Positions 7,366-17,258 of a stretch of DNA of 64,000 bases are shown in pieces. This stretch comes from Bryobacteraceae bacterium (GTDB taxonomy: Bacteria > Acidobacteriota > Terriglobia > Bryobacterales > Bryobacteraceae), in NCBI GenBank assembly GCA_050012095.1, contig JBEKHV010000009.1, positions 13,134 to 77,133 of the forward strand, given 5' to 3'. How positions within the stretch are numbered: position 1 is the stretch's first letter; every line of letters starts with the position of its first letter. The position numbers and the translations under genes are program-made. Below the pieces are notes generated by a model, which saw only the letters and a list, made by a program, of their open reading frames with translations, searched no databases and was not told the DNA's origin.

Positions 7366-8580
7366 TCACACGGCGGCAGGGCGCGCTGGGGAGGGCTGCT
7401 TCCGCGAGGTTTGCGCCACGCCGAGGATATCCAGAATACGGCCCACGCCTTGAGGAAGATCGTAATGCTCGAGGAAAGCCTGGCGCGCGCGCCCCCCGGC
7501 CGCATGGACGAGATCCGGGTCGGAAGCCAGCGCTTGCAGAAGATCCACGAGCGCAGCCGAGTCGCCGGGCTCGATGCGCCAGCCGCAGCCGAAACGCTCG
7601 ATCATCTGGGCCGGCGTACCGCCCGCGGGACCGATGTAGAGGAATGGCCGGCCCGCGGCCATGAGCGCGTACGTCTTGCTGGGTACGACTGAGCCGCAGG
7701 TGGCGGGATGCTGGGTGACGAGGCCGATGTGGCAACTCCCGAGGTGCTCGCCAAGGCGCGCCCGGTCCTGGTAGGGAATGTAGACCGCGCTTGTGATATT
7801 GGCGGAGCGGCAGCGGGCTTCCAGCCGGTCCCGGCGGGGCCCCGCTCCGGCAAAAACGAAGCGGAAGCGCGCGGGATCGGCGAGGCTCTCCATGGTTTCC
7901 TCGATGGTGTCCACATCGTGGGCGCGGCCCAGGTTGCCGGAATAGAGGACGGTCAGCGGAAGATGGGGCGGAAACGGCCGAGGTGAGATGACTGAACCAT
8001 CGGCCCAGTTCTCGGCCACCGCTATTTTGTCGGATGGCGTCCCGCGGGCGATCAAGCGCCCGCGCATGCTCGCCCCGAGGGCGATGACGCGGTCGGCGCG
8101 GCGGCGGGAAAAGTCCGCCAGCGCGCCGATCGCACGGTCCAGGAAAGAGCCGCGGCGAAGAACGGCAAGATCGACGGCGATATCGGGGTAGACGTCCATT
8201 TCCCAACTGAAGTGCCTGGCCCCGCGCAGGAGTTTCATGAGAGTGCCGATGAGCGACAGCAGCGGCGGCGTGGTGAGGGTGAGAACCACGTCCGGGCGGG
8301 GGCCAAAGAGGGTATGGTACAGAGCGCCAACATAAAAGCTGGCATAGGAAGACAGGCGGGCGACGTGGCCGTGCCCAAAACCGACAGCCGGCAGACTGCG
8401 GACGGTAAAGCCGGGCGCCTCGCGGCCGCCGGCGTGGCCCCCATCGGCATACGCCGTCCCGGCGCAGACTACCGTGACAGAGTGCCCCCCGGCGGCCAGC
8501 GCCCGCGCCACGTCGGAGAGAAGCTGGCCGGTGGGGGCGTCATCTGGGGGAAAGAACTGGTTGAGAAGCAGGAATCTCAT
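7366..8580 (-). CDS. Glycosyltransferase family 4 (WcaI-like)
   Basis: MRFLLLNQFFPPDDAPTGQLLSDVARALAAGGHSVTVV at the N-terminus and a C-terminal GT1/GT4 Rossmann region (PSKTYALMAAGRPFLYIG). The start was moved to the ATG at 8580. Confidence 0.8.
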   Translation of the reverse strand: MRFLLLNQFFPPDDAPTGQLLSDVARALAAGGHSVTVVCAGTAYADGGHAGGREAPGFTVRSLPAVGFGHGHVARLSSYASFYVGALYHTLFGPRPDVVLTLTTPPLLSLIGTLMKLLRGARHFSWEMDVYPDIAVDLAVLRRGSFLDRAIGALADFSRRRADRVIALGASMRGRLIARGTPSDKIAVAENWADGSVISPRPFPPHLPLTVLYSGNLGRAHDVDTIEETMESLADPARFRFVFAGAGPRRDRLEARCRSANITSAVYIPYQDRARLGEHLGSCHIGLVTQHPATCGSVVPSKTYALMAAGRPFLYIGPAGGTPAQMIERFGCGWRIEPGDSAALVDLLQALASDPDLVHAAGGRARQAFLEHYDLPQGVGRILDILGVAQTSRKQPSPARPAAV

Positions 8581-8622
8581 GGGAGTCACTATTATCCCGT
8601 GCAAGCGGGCACTGAAAGCCGC

Positions 8623-9525
8623 CTACGTTCGCGAAGGCGGCGCGCTCACTGAGGCTTGGCCCTCAGGTCGAAGGCGCTCTTCGCCGCTCCGGCGCAGTTC
8701 AAGTAACTTAGCGTCCACCAGAGAACGGTACCAGAGCGCCTGAAAGAAATGGTAAGCGAAACCCTCGGCTCCGTCTAGAAACCCCGCTCTAAGGAGGTAA
8801 CGGTACGCCCAATACAGCCACGCCCTAATAAAGAGCGGAAAACGCCGGTAAAACCCTTCCTTCAGCCGGCGTTTGGCCTTGGCTTGCCCGTGAAGGCGGT
8901 CGGAGGTGGGATGCCGCGAAGAAAGGTCGCGGCACTCGCGAATCGCGTAGCCATTGTGTTTCTCTATCCAGTGAGTCAGTCCCTTTCTGTTCTCGTGGAC
9001 CAAGTCGGCATGGATTTTGACGGTAGCTCCGGAATCGAGCGAGACGTGTTCGTCCATCCAACGGTCCTCGCATCGTCCCGCTCCACGGCGCCACACGCGC
9101 AGCAACCACGTCGGATACATGCCGCCATGACGGATCCAACGGCCAAGAAAATGGATTCGAAGGCGCACCATACCGCCGGCTACGCTCGCGGGCGCGCCGG
9201 CGAGTCTGTTCAACTCGTCGCGAAGCTCTGGCGTCAGGGCCTCATCCGCATCCAGGCGTAAGACCCAACCCGCGGAGCTGGAGATATTGTCGAGCGCCCA
9301 GTTGAACTGCGTGGCGTAGTTAGTCCAAGGATTGGAGAGGACGGTTGCTCCCAGACTGCGAGCCAGCTCCGGCGTGCCATCCGTACTTCCGCAATCTATG
9401 ACGAACACCTCGGCGGACAGTCCTTCCAGACTCCGCAGGCAATAGGGGAGATTCGTCGCCTCGTCCTTGGTCAGGATGACGACCGCGATATGGGGGTTCG
9501 TCACGGTATTCGAGTCCGCGCGCAA
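8623..9525 (-). CDS. Glycosyltransferase family 2
   Basis: Typical GT-A N-terminus: IAVVILTKDEATNLPYCLRSL..VFVIDCGSTDGT..LRLDADE. Confidence 0.85.
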   Translation of the reverse strand: MRADSNTVTNPHIAVVILTKDEATNLPYCLRSLEGLSAEVFVIDCGSTDGTPELARSLGATVLSNPWTNYATQFNWALDNISSSAGWVLRLDADEALTPELRDELNRLAGAPASVAGGMVRLRIHFLGRWIRHGGMYPTWLLRVWRRGAGRCEDRWMDEHVSLDSGATVKIHADLVHENRKGLTHWIEKHNGYAIRECRDLSSRHPTSDRLHGQAKAKRRLKEGFYRRFPLFIRAWLYWAYRYLLRAGFLDGAEGFAYHFFQALWYRSLVDAKLLELRRSGEERLRPEGQASVSAPPSRT

Positions 9526-9540
9526 AATGGCTGTTTCCCG

Positions 9541-10140
9541 TCAGCTTCGGTTCGGGTCCGTGCTGTCGGTCAGGACCCGCATTTTGATAAAGCGCGCGGG
9601 ATTGCCCGCCACAACGGCCCACGGAGCAACGTCGCGGTTGACAACGGACCGCGCCCCCACCACGGCGCCTTCACCAACGTTCACCCCCGGGCCGAGAAAA
9701 GCGCCCGCGCAAACCCACGCATGGCTCCCTATGCGTATGGGGGTCGAGACTAAGGGCATCGATTTTCTTGTGTAATCATGCGTGGCGGTGCAGATATAGG
9801 CGTATTGCGAGACCGTGCAACATTCACCCAGCGAGACGGGCGCAACATTGTAACAGTCCACAAAAGGAGCGAGGCAAGCATAGTGTTTCATCGTCAGATT
9901 CCATGGCGCCCATATGCGCACGCTCGGGTGAATCACGGCTCCCGTCTCAATCCGCCCGCCGAACATCCGAAGTAGGAACCGCCGCCATCCATGGAAAACC
10001 TTGGGACTGGGCCGAAACGCTAGAATGTACGCCGTCGCCCAAACGCTGCGCATAAGTCTGTTACCCAGATTGTGAGGGCTAGGTATGCTCCCCCGGCTCG
10101 GGCCCGTGGGATGCGCCGGCGATGCGTCTGCTGGAATCAT
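9541..10140 (-). CDS. Hexapeptide-repeat O-acetyltransferase (WcaF-like)
   Basis: Left-handed beta-helix repeats are visible: IGSHAWVCAGAFLGPGVNVGEGAVVGARSVVNRDVAPWAVVAGNPARFI. Confidence 0.8.
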   Translation of the reverse strand: MIPADASPAHPTGPSRGSIPSPHNLGNRLMRSVWATAYILAFRPSPKVFHGWRRFLLRMFGGRIETGAVIHPSVRIWAPWNLTMKHYACLAPFVDCYNVAPVSLGECCTVSQYAYICTATHDYTRKSMPLVSTPIRIGSHAWVCAGAFLGPGVNVGEGAVVGARSVVNRDVAPWAVVAGNPARFIKMRVLTDSTDPNRS

Positions 10141-11114
10141 GCGATGTGCTGAGTCGGCGCGCCCGGCTGCGCCCTTACGACGCCGAGCCAGCTTACAAAC
10201 CGTGCTACGCCTTCGGAAAAGGCGGTCTCCGGACGATAGCCGAGCAGCGACCTCGCTTTGTGAATGTCCGCGCAGGTGCGCGGCACGTCGCCGGGCTGTT
10301 CGGGTTGCGGGTCGAGCACGGCCTTCTTGTTCAATGCGCCCTCGATGCAGCGGATCATGTCCCGCAGCGTTATGGGATTGCCGTTCCCCAGGTTGATCAC
10401 CTCATAGGCGCTGGACCGGTATTCCATGGCGGCGCGAATTCCGGCGACAACGTCGTCTACATACGTGTAATCGCGGCTCGAGGATCCGTCTCCGTACATG
10501 GCCGCCCGTCGGCCGTCGAAGATCGCCTCCGTGATCTTGCGGATGGCGAGATCGGGCCGCTGGCGGGGGCCGTACACGGTGAACAAGCGAAGCGCGAGGA
10601 AGCGGATGCCGTACAAGCGCGAGTAGACGTGCCCGAGGAGCTCGCCGCTGACCTTCGTGGCGGCATACGGGCTGATGGGAAGCAGGACGTGGTCGTCTTC
10701 GCTCCACGGCGTTCTGGGGTTGATGCCGTAAACGCTGCTGGAGGAGGCGAAGACGAACTGCGGAACGCCAGCAGCGCGGGCGAAATCGAGTACGTTCTGG
10801 AACCCCGCCACGTTGACGCGTACGTATCCCGCCGGGTCGGCTATCGACGGGCGGACGCCCGCCTTGGCGGCGAGGTGGACAATGCAGTCGACCGGCGTCG
10901 GGACTGAAGCAAGGGCATCCGGGTTGCAGATATCGGCCTCCACTAGGCGGAAACCGGGCAAGAGCGAACAGCGGGCAAGGTTGGCCTGCTTGAGACTGCG
11001 GGGGTAAAACGGGTCGAAGTTGTCGGCCACGGTGACGCGCGCGCCTTCGGCGAGCAGCGTCTCGGCGAGGTGGCTGCCGATGAACCCGGCGCCGCCGGTT
11101 ATGAGGCAATGCAT
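10137..11114 (-). CDS. NAD-dependent epimerase/dehydratase (UDP-glucuronate 4-epimerase-like SDR)
   Basis: MHCLITGGAGFIGSHL, a YAATK catalytic motif and a C-terminal DVPRTCADIHKARSLLGYRP. The start was moved to the ATG at 11114. Confidence 0.8.
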   Translation of the reverse strand: MHCLITGGAGFIGSHLAETLLAEGARVTVADNFDPFYPRSLKQANLARCSLLPGFRLVEADICNPDALASVPTPVDCIVHLAAKAGVRPSIADPAGYVRVNVAGFQNVLDFARAAGVPQFVFASSSSVYGINPRTPWSEDDHVLLPISPYAATKVSGELLGHVYSRLYGIRFLALRLFTVYGPRQRPDLAIRKITEAIFDGRRAAMYGDGSSSRDYTYVDDVVAGIRAAMEYRSSAYEVINLGNGNPITLRDMIRCIEGALNKKAVLDPQPEQPGDVPRTCADIHKARSLLGYRPETAFSEGVARFVSWLGVVRAQPGAPTQHIA

Positions 11115-12301
11115 TGGGTCTCCACTTTGCTCCCCGCGGAATCGGGAAAAACGCGTTCGGGCATGGGGCCGCACCCCAGCACCCAATCGTTCACCGCCGT
11201 CATCTGCTCGCCGATCGCCGGCCAGGAAAAACACGATTGAACCAACTCCACCCCCCGCGCGCCCATGGCGGCGCGCTCCTCGGGCCTCCGGCTCAACATG
11301 TCCCGTAAAGCGCCTTCGATCTCGCGGTCCGAGGGACCCACCACCGCCCCGCAGCCCATCTGGGCGACTTCCGGAAAGTTACAGCCCGGCGTGATGATGA
11401 CCGGGCGCGCCATCGCGAGCGCCTCGAGAATCGCGATACTGAAACCCTCCGAGTGCGATGGCAACACGAAGAACTCCGCCGCGGCCAGCGCCGCCCATTT
11501 TTCCTTGCCGGCCAGCATACCGGTATACGTCACACTGGTTTCCAGACGGAGCTTGCGCACAAGCGCCTCGATGCGGCTGAGGGTGCCTTCGTAGTCGGGG
11601 CCGGCGATCACCAGGTGCGCGCCGGGAAACTCCTTCGCTACCGCGGCCCACGCCCGGCACAGGATGTCGACCCCCTTCTTGTAGTGAATGCGGCTCAGGA
11701 AGAGGACCAGCCTCTTGCCAGCCAAACCGGGGAATGCTAGGTAGAACGGATCTGGGCTAAAGCTTGGGGGCGGGTCTATGCCGTTTGGTATGAGGGCCGC
11801 CGGGGCGTGGAGACCGTAGCGCCGGTAGTCCGCGATCTCCCGCATTGTGAGCGCGCGGAGACACGCCGCGCCCCGCAGATTGGGGCGTTCAACCAGCGCG
11901 GAGTACGGCGATTTCTTCCAGCGCTTGTTAAGCAAGGCCCAGCGCTCCAGCATGCCGTGGGCGGAGACGATAAAAGGGCGGTCCAGCTTGCGGCAAATCT
12001 GGCCCGTGGTCACGCAATGTCCTTCCCAAATACCATGGATGTGCGCGAGATCGCATTGCGAAATCAGCCGCGAGAGGGAGCGCCAGAGCTTCCCGAACAA
12101 GGCGGCGGCGGGGCTCCAGGAGATCCGGATGACTTCCACCTCCGGGATGACCACCTCATAATCGCCGGAATCTGAGAAATACACGATTCGCTGGTAATAA
12201 CGGCCCGTCGCGGCGACCGCCCGGACGAGCGCGGGCACGGATGCGCTCGTTCCGCCGGAACGCGGGTCCAAGCCGCGGATGATGTGCAGGGCCTGTTTCA
12301 T
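11099..12301 (-). CDS. Glycosyltransferase family 4
   Basis: GT1/GT4 C-terminal signature: FFVLPSHSEGFSIAILEALAMARPVIITPG. Confidence 0.85.
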   Translation of the reverse strand: MKQALHIIRGLDPRSGGTSASVPALVRAVAATGRYYQRIVYFSDSGDYEVVIPEVEVIRISWSPAAALFGKLWRSLSRLISQCDLAHIHGIWEGHCVTTGQICRKLDRPFIVSAHGMLERWALLNKRWKKSPYSALVERPNLRGAACLRALTMREIADYRRYGLHAPAALIPNGIDPPPSFSPDPFYLAFPGLAGKRLVLFLSRIHYKKGVDILCRAWAAVAKEFPGAHLVIAGPDYEGTLSRIEALVRKLRLETSVTYTGMLAGKEKWAALAAAEFFVLPSHSEGFSIAILEALAMARPVIITPGCNFPEVAQMGCGAVVGPSDREIEGALRDMLSRRPEERAAMGARGVELVQSCFSWPAIGEQMTAVNDWVLGCGPMPERVFPDSAGSKVETQCIAS

Positions 12302-12313
12302 TCTTGGCGGTTT

Positions 12314-13519
12314 TCAGGAGCGGAATCGGTACCGCGGCCTCATCAACAGAAGCCGGAGCAGGGCAGCATCGGACAAGCGCGGCTGGCGAGGGGGCGTAGC
12401 GCGGCGAACAGCTCCTTCCATGCCGGCCCCAAAGCGTTCCGGTGGCCATTCGGCGATCGCGCGGCGCGAGGCTTCGCCCATGCGGAGGCGGTCGTCGCCG
12501 CGCGAAGCGGCCTGAAGCAGCAGGCTGGCCAGCGCCTCCTCGTCGAGCGGATCGAACGTGAACCCGTTGACGCCCTCGCGCACCAGGTCCGCGGAGCACC
12601 CGCACCGTTTGGAGACCAGCACCGGCAGACCGGCGGCCATGGCCTCATTCACCACCAAGCCCCATTGCTCCACCGTGCTGGCGTGGACAAATGCGGCCGC
12701 CAGACCATAATAACCGGGCAGTTGCTCGTATTGAACGAACCCTGGGAGCAAGAGGCTGTCGCCCAGAGACAACTTATCGGCCAGAGCTGGAATTTCGCGC
12801 CTGAGGGGGCCGTCTCCGAGCAGGACGAGCTTCCAAGGGGTCTGCGGCGCCAGCGCGCGGAAGCGGGCGAACGCCGCGACAAGCCGGAGCAGGTTCTTCT
12901 TCTCCACGAAGCGGCTGCTGGCCAGGAAATAACTCTCCGGCAGGCCCAGCCGCTGCCGGCTGCCGGCGGCATCGGCGCGCGCCGCCTCGGCGCCCCGCGC
13001 AAAATGGCTGTTATCCACCACGTCGTACCCCAGGAAGATCCGATCCTCCGCCATGCCGAGTTGCCTGAGATATGCGGCGTGCTGCGTGCCCCCGACCAGG
13101 GCCGCGGAGAACAGGCTCACGAGCCGGCGCTTCATGGCCTCGCCTCGCCAGGAACGTTTGTCATCGCCGTCCTGGCTTTCCGACATCAGAACCGCGGGCA
13201 CGCCGGCCTCGCCGCACCAGCGCAGCGCGGCGAGGGCGAATGGCTCGTACCAGCCCGGGATCGCCACGGCCCGCGGCTGAATTCCATCGAGGACTTGGAC
13301 GACGCGTTGCACCAACTGCGGCCGCGGCAGCGCGTCCGGATCCTCGTCCGGGAAAAAGGTGACCCGGCTCAACTCCGGCGTCGCCACTGCGTCCCAGGCA
13401 TACGTATGATCCACTGGGGTCGCTTCGACGGCCACCACGGGCAGACGGGCGGCGGCCGCGTTCAACCGTGCTCGATGATAGGGACCCATCCGGCGGAAAA
13501 GAATGGCGACGGGATTCAT
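12314..13519 (-). CDS. Glycosyltransferase family 4
   Basis: AFVHASTVEQWGLVVNEAMAAGLPVLVSKRCG. The start was moved to MNPVAILF at 13519. Confidence 0.8.
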   Translation of the reverse strand: MNPVAILFRRMGPYHRARLNAAAARLPVVAVEATPVDHTYAWDAVATPELSRVTFFPDEDPDALPRPQLVQRVVQVLDGIQPRAVAIPGWYEPFALAALRWCGEAGVPAVLMSESQDGDDKRSWRGEAMKRRLVSLFSAALVGGTQHAAYLRQLGMAEDRIFLGYDVVDNSHFARGAEAARADAAGSRQRLGLPESYFLASSRFVEKKNLLRLVAAFARFRALAPQTPWKLVLLGDGPLRREIPALADKLSLGDSLLLPGFVQYEQLPGYYGLAAAFVHASTVEQWGLVVNEAMAAGLPVLVSKRCGCSADLVREGVNGFTFDPLDEEALASLLLQAASRGDDRLRMGEASRRAIAEWPPERFGAGMEGAVRRATPPRQPRLSDAALLRLLLMRPRYRFRS

Positions 13520-13588
13520 GAACCTGGGCGGCAGCCGCCCTGCGCGGCCGCGGAGCCGGCGGGCGGGAAACAAAGACGGGATATGGTA

Positions 13589-14782
13589 TTACGCTCCACG
13601 CATTCCGTTCCCGGCGGGACTCAGGGCGCGTATCAGGCGTTCCTCGTACCGCTCCCACGTGTGTTCCCGCAGAGCCAGTTCCCGCGCTCGCAAGCTCATT
13701 TCGGCGCGCAATTGCCGATTCGTGACGATAGCCTCGATCCTGTCGGCCAGCGCCGTCGCGCCCCGGATCGGGACGATGAACCCCTCCACTCCGTCGCGAA
13801 TCAGCGTCCCGCAGTTTGGAGTGGTCACCACTGGCAACCCGCACGCTAAAGCTTCTATGTGCGCCGTGGCCGAGCCTTCGGCCAGCGTCGGCAGAACAAA
13901 CGCATCCGCCCTGAGGAACTCTTCCCGGATGTCTGTCCGTGGTACCGGGCCGATGTACGTAGGGCCGGCAAACCGTGGGTCGGCCGCAACGCGGCTGCTG
14001 ACCGCTCCAACCACCCGAATTTGACATGGGACGCGCCGCTTCTCCAGAAGCCGTGCGGCTTGCGCCAGATAATGGCTCCCCTTTCGAAGCCCGACGGATC
14101 CGACGAAGACCACCCTCCCAGGCTCGGGCCTGGGTTGCAGCCCGAACCACCCCTCATCGACGGCGTAGGGGACCAGCCAGACCTTTCCCGCATCCCCTCC
14201 CATACGTCCGATCGCTTCGCGCACGTAGCCCGATGGCGCCAAGATCCTCGTCGCGTCTTGCCAAATTCGGCGGTGCGCGCCCGCATAGCGCGCGTCGTTT
14301 TCGGGGGCCTCCTGCGCCTCAATTCCGGGGAAGGCGTCCCGTTCTTCGACCATGATCGCAGGGTGGTCCGGGCTGATTACCTGCTCGAATGCAACATCCA
14401 AGCCCCGGCGCCTGGCCTCGCTGATGACCTCCACGTCTGCGAACATCAGGGAGTATAAGCCCGCCGCCGACCCGAACCCGCGCCTCAGAAGCTGCTGGTT
14501 GATGCTCGTTTCGACGAACCTGCCGCGCAATCGATGCCAGAGCGTCCGAATCGGAAAGGACCGCACGGATTCCCTGGGCACCTCCGGCGGCAACCTCCGG
14601 CCTAGCAGGCTCCGCATCTCTTGCGTTCGTAACGCTCCCGGGAGCGCCCGCTGGGCCAGCCGCGCCGGCCAGTCCGCGGCGTGCACGTCGGTCCAAAACT
14701 CCGCGAGCATACCCCGCCGCGCTAGGATTGCAGGAACCGCGTAGTGCATCCGGGCGCCCATCTGAAGAACGAGGTACCTCAC
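13589..14782 (-). CDS. Glycosyltransferase family 4-like
   Basis: AFVLPTLAEGSATAHIEALACGLPVVTTPNCG. Confidence 0.75.
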   Translation of the reverse strand: MRYLVLQMGARMHYAVPAILARRGMLAEFWTDVHAADWPARLAQRALPGALRTQEMRSLLGRRLPPEVPRESVRSFPIRTLWHRLRGRFVETSINQQLLRRGFGSAAGLYSLMFADVEVISEARRRGLDVAFEQVISPDHPAIMVEERDAFPGIEAQEAPENDARYAGAHRRIWQDATRILAPSGYVREAIGRMGGDAGKVWLVPYAVDEGWFGLQPRPEPGRVVFVGSVGLRKGSHYLAQAARLLEKRRVPCQIRVVGAVSSRVAADPRFAGPTYIGPVPRTDIREEFLRADAFVLPTLAEGSATAHIEALACGLPVVTTPNCGTLIRDGVEGFIVPIRGATALADRIEAIVTNRQLRAEMSLRARELALREHTWERYEERLIRALSPAGNGMRGA

Positions 14783-14870
14783 GCTCTAGACCTGTTGGCG
14801 CGCCATCGAGACGCTGACGTTATGTCTGGACATCCCGTCTACCGGGATTGGTGCATCGAACTGGACTTGG

Positions 14871-15896
14871 TCAAGCGGGCTGTGAAGACGGCTCTGCGAA
14901 CCGCTCGCGCAACTGATTAACCGATCCCTGAGGCGCACGACTACGCATTTCGCTCGCGACGGCATCGATAATGGCTTCCAGCGGAGTCGTCGGCCGGTAG
15001 CCGACTAGCCGCTCGAGTTTCGCTAGTGAAGGGACCCGGCGAAACATGTCTTCAAAGCCTGGTCCGTAGGCCTTTTCATAAGGGACGTGAACGACTTGGG
15101 ATTGCGAGTGCAACCGAACGCGGACAAGATCCGCCAGGCCACTGATGCTGATTTCCCGGTCGATGCCGATATTGATAACCTCCCCAGCGACACAATCGCT
15201 TTTCGCGATGCGGGTTAATGCCTCTATGGCATCGAGAACGTAACCGAAACACCGGCTCTGATTACCGTCTCCAAAAACGGTGATTGGCTCGTTCAGAAGC
15301 GCCTGGCCGACAAAGTTCGGCAGGACCATGCCGTAGCGCCCGGTCTGGCGTGGCCCGACGGTGTTGAAAAGCCGAACGATAGTTACGGGGACGCTTTTCT
15401 CGTTATAGTAGGCCAGACCCAGAAACTCGTCGAGCGCCTTGGAGCAGGCGTAACTCCATCGTCCTTTACTGGTCGGCCCCATAACCAAGTCATCTTCCTC
15501 TGAGAACGGCACCTTTACGCTCTTGCCGTAGACTTCGGAGGTAGAGGCGACTACGACGCGCCTCCGTTTCTTGGCGGCGGCCCGGAGCACGACCTCGGTA
15601 CCGTGAACATTCGTCTCAATTGTATGAACGGGGCTATCCACAATGAGTCTCACGCCGACGGCGGCTGCCATGTGAAAGACGATGTCGCAGCAGTCGACGA
15701 GCTCCGCAACCAGTGGCGCGTTGAAAACCGTGTCAATTTTGTACTCGAATCCAGGACGCCCTTTAAGGTGGGCGATGTTCTCGAACGATCCTGTTGACAG
15801 GTCGTCGAGTACGGAAACCGTCCATCCTTCTTGGAGACAGCGTTCGGCGAGGTGCGATCCGATAAACCCTGCGCCTCCCGTGATGAATACGTTCAT
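14871..15896 (-). CDS. NAD-dependent epimerase/dehydratase (extended SDR)
   Basis: MNVFITGGAGFIGSHL, STSEVYG and YACSK motifs. Confidence 0.85.
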   Translation of the reverse strand: MNVFITGGAGFIGSHLAERCLQEGWTVSVLDDLSTGSFENIAHLKGRPGFEYKIDTVFNAPLVAELVDCCDIVFHMAAAVGVRLIVDSPVHTIETNVHGTEVVLRAAAKKRRRVVVASTSEVYGKSVKVPFSEEDDLVMGPTSKGRWSYACSKALDEFLGLAYYNEKSVPVTIVRLFNTVGPRQTGRYGMVLPNFVGQALLNEPITVFGDGNQSRCFGYVLDAIEALTRIAKSDCVAGEVINIGIDREISISGLADLVRVRLHSQSQVVHVPYEKAYGPGFEDMFRRVPSLAKLERLVGYRPTTPLEAIIDAVASEMRSRAPQGSVNQLRERFAEPSSQPA

Positions 15897-16182
15897 GGCT
15901 TATGTCCTTTAGCTAAACTCGCGTCGAAACCGCATTCCTGGTGATTTTCAGTTTGGGTTCCATTGATGCAACTGACTTTCCATCTCCGACGCTGTCGGAT
16001 CTTGAAACCCGAGCTGCGCCAGCGCCATGTCTCGCAGAAGCCCCGCCGGCGCGCACTCGGAGTCGAGGAGAACTGGGATCCAGCGCAGATCGGGAGTCGT
16101 GATCCGAATTGGCATGTCGGACTTCAAACACCTGTGACATTCGTGAAGAGGGCGCTGCGCCTTCGACGCGCCAGGATTCGCT

Positions 16183-16875
16183 CTATATACGATTCCCCAC
16201 GGCTCTTTGGACGCGAAAGACCGCCAGGTCCTCAACGTGGATCATAAGCTCGGCAGTCCCGCAGAGCTCCTTAGCCGCCCTTCGCGTGCCGGCGAAACTC
16301 CTGTTATCTGTATCGTGTAGCGCGAGCGCTCCGCCTTGTTTCATCAGTGCCGACCAAGCGGCGATATCGAATGCCGTGTTGACGTAGTTGTGGACCGCGT
16401 CAATGAAAACGAATCCGGGACTTGGGCGCCGCCATTCACGTACGGCCTGCCCCGACGTCTTGCGCTCATGCACGACGTTTAGCCCCCGTGTTCTCTCTCG
16501 AAAGATCTCAAGATCCGAAGAGCTCCCGCCGTATCCGATGAAGGGATCCACCGCGATCACAGTTCGATTGGTGCACATCGCGAAAAGTCTCGTGGTTTCG
16601 CCCCTGTAGGACCCAATTTCGACAACTACGGTTTCACCTAACTCTTCAGTCGATCTGAGGCTCTGAAGCAGGTATTCCATTTGAACTGGGGTCACTGCCG
16701 TGTTGGCGGCGTCATAGGCCGGGCTGCCAGTTGCAGTTCCAGGATCAATCAGTGGTAAAGCATTAGCCTCGAACTGGTGCCGCGCAAGCCACTCCTGACC
16801 GCGAGCTCTTAGGGTATAGAGCAGGCGATAGGGGTGAATCTTCGGAAATCGTTTTACTTCGAAAGGATCGATCAT
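16183..16875 (-). CDS. Class I SAM-dependent methyltransferase (Methyltransf_24/CmcI-like)
   Basis: VVEIGSYRGETT ... FVFIDAVHNY ... GGALALHD. Confidence 0.65.
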   Translation of the reverse strand: MIDPFEVKRFPKIHPYRLLYTLRARGQEWLARHQFEANALPLIDPGTATGSPAYDAANTAVTPVQMEYLLQSLRSTEELGETVVVEIGSYRGETTRLFAMCTNRTVIAVDPFIGYGGSSSDLEIFRERTRGLNVVHERKTSGQAVREWRRPSPGFVFIDAVHNYVNTAFDIAAWSALMKQGGALALHDTDNRSFAGTRRAAKELCGTAELMIHVEDLAVFRVQRAVGNRI

Positions 16876-17258
16876 TCGTTATTTTGGATACTGCTTTTAG
16901 GGTAACTCGGCGGACCGGCCCAGCGCTTTTGAAACGACCCAATCCGCATACGGGAGCAGCAATCGCAGTCTCTTCGGGGCGGTGCGGATGTTTGCAAGTC
17001 GCATGATCCAGAAACTGGAACGAGCGGTGAAGAAGAATGCAAAGATATTCGCCGTCTTAGGGACGACCTTCTGAGGTGCGGGCATGCACACCAGGCGGCC
17101 CGACTCGTCCTCGCCCCTAACTAAGGGGCGTTTTGTTGTGTGAACATCCGGGACACTGGTAAGGCGCTCATCCCCGCAGCCAACACCCCGCGATCCCACT
17201 CGAGGCTGCCAAGGCGTCCGCGCTTGAACGGCTCAGCGTCACAGCCTCGAGCAGCCAG

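Noticed and set aside
12284-13849. Other long antisense ORFs: 12284..13849 +, 10122..10907 +, 19629..21008 +, 40884..41999 +, 43933..44979 +, 49561..50694 +, 55402..56616 -, 55527..56678 -, 59393..60445 +, 13161..14150 -, 7355..8206 -
   Set aside because: Each overlaps, on the opposite strand or in another frame, a gene with clear family motifs. Their products are Arg/Pro/Gly-rich with no recognisable domains.
15948-17199. Small minus-strand ORFs in two intergenic gaps: 15948..16112 (MPIRITTPDLRW...) and 16897..17082 (MPAPQKVVPKTANIF...)
   Set aside because: They are co-oriented with the operon and may be real. However, they have no recognisable motifs, no convincing ribosome-binding sites and ambiguous starts. 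Support is insufficient to call them.
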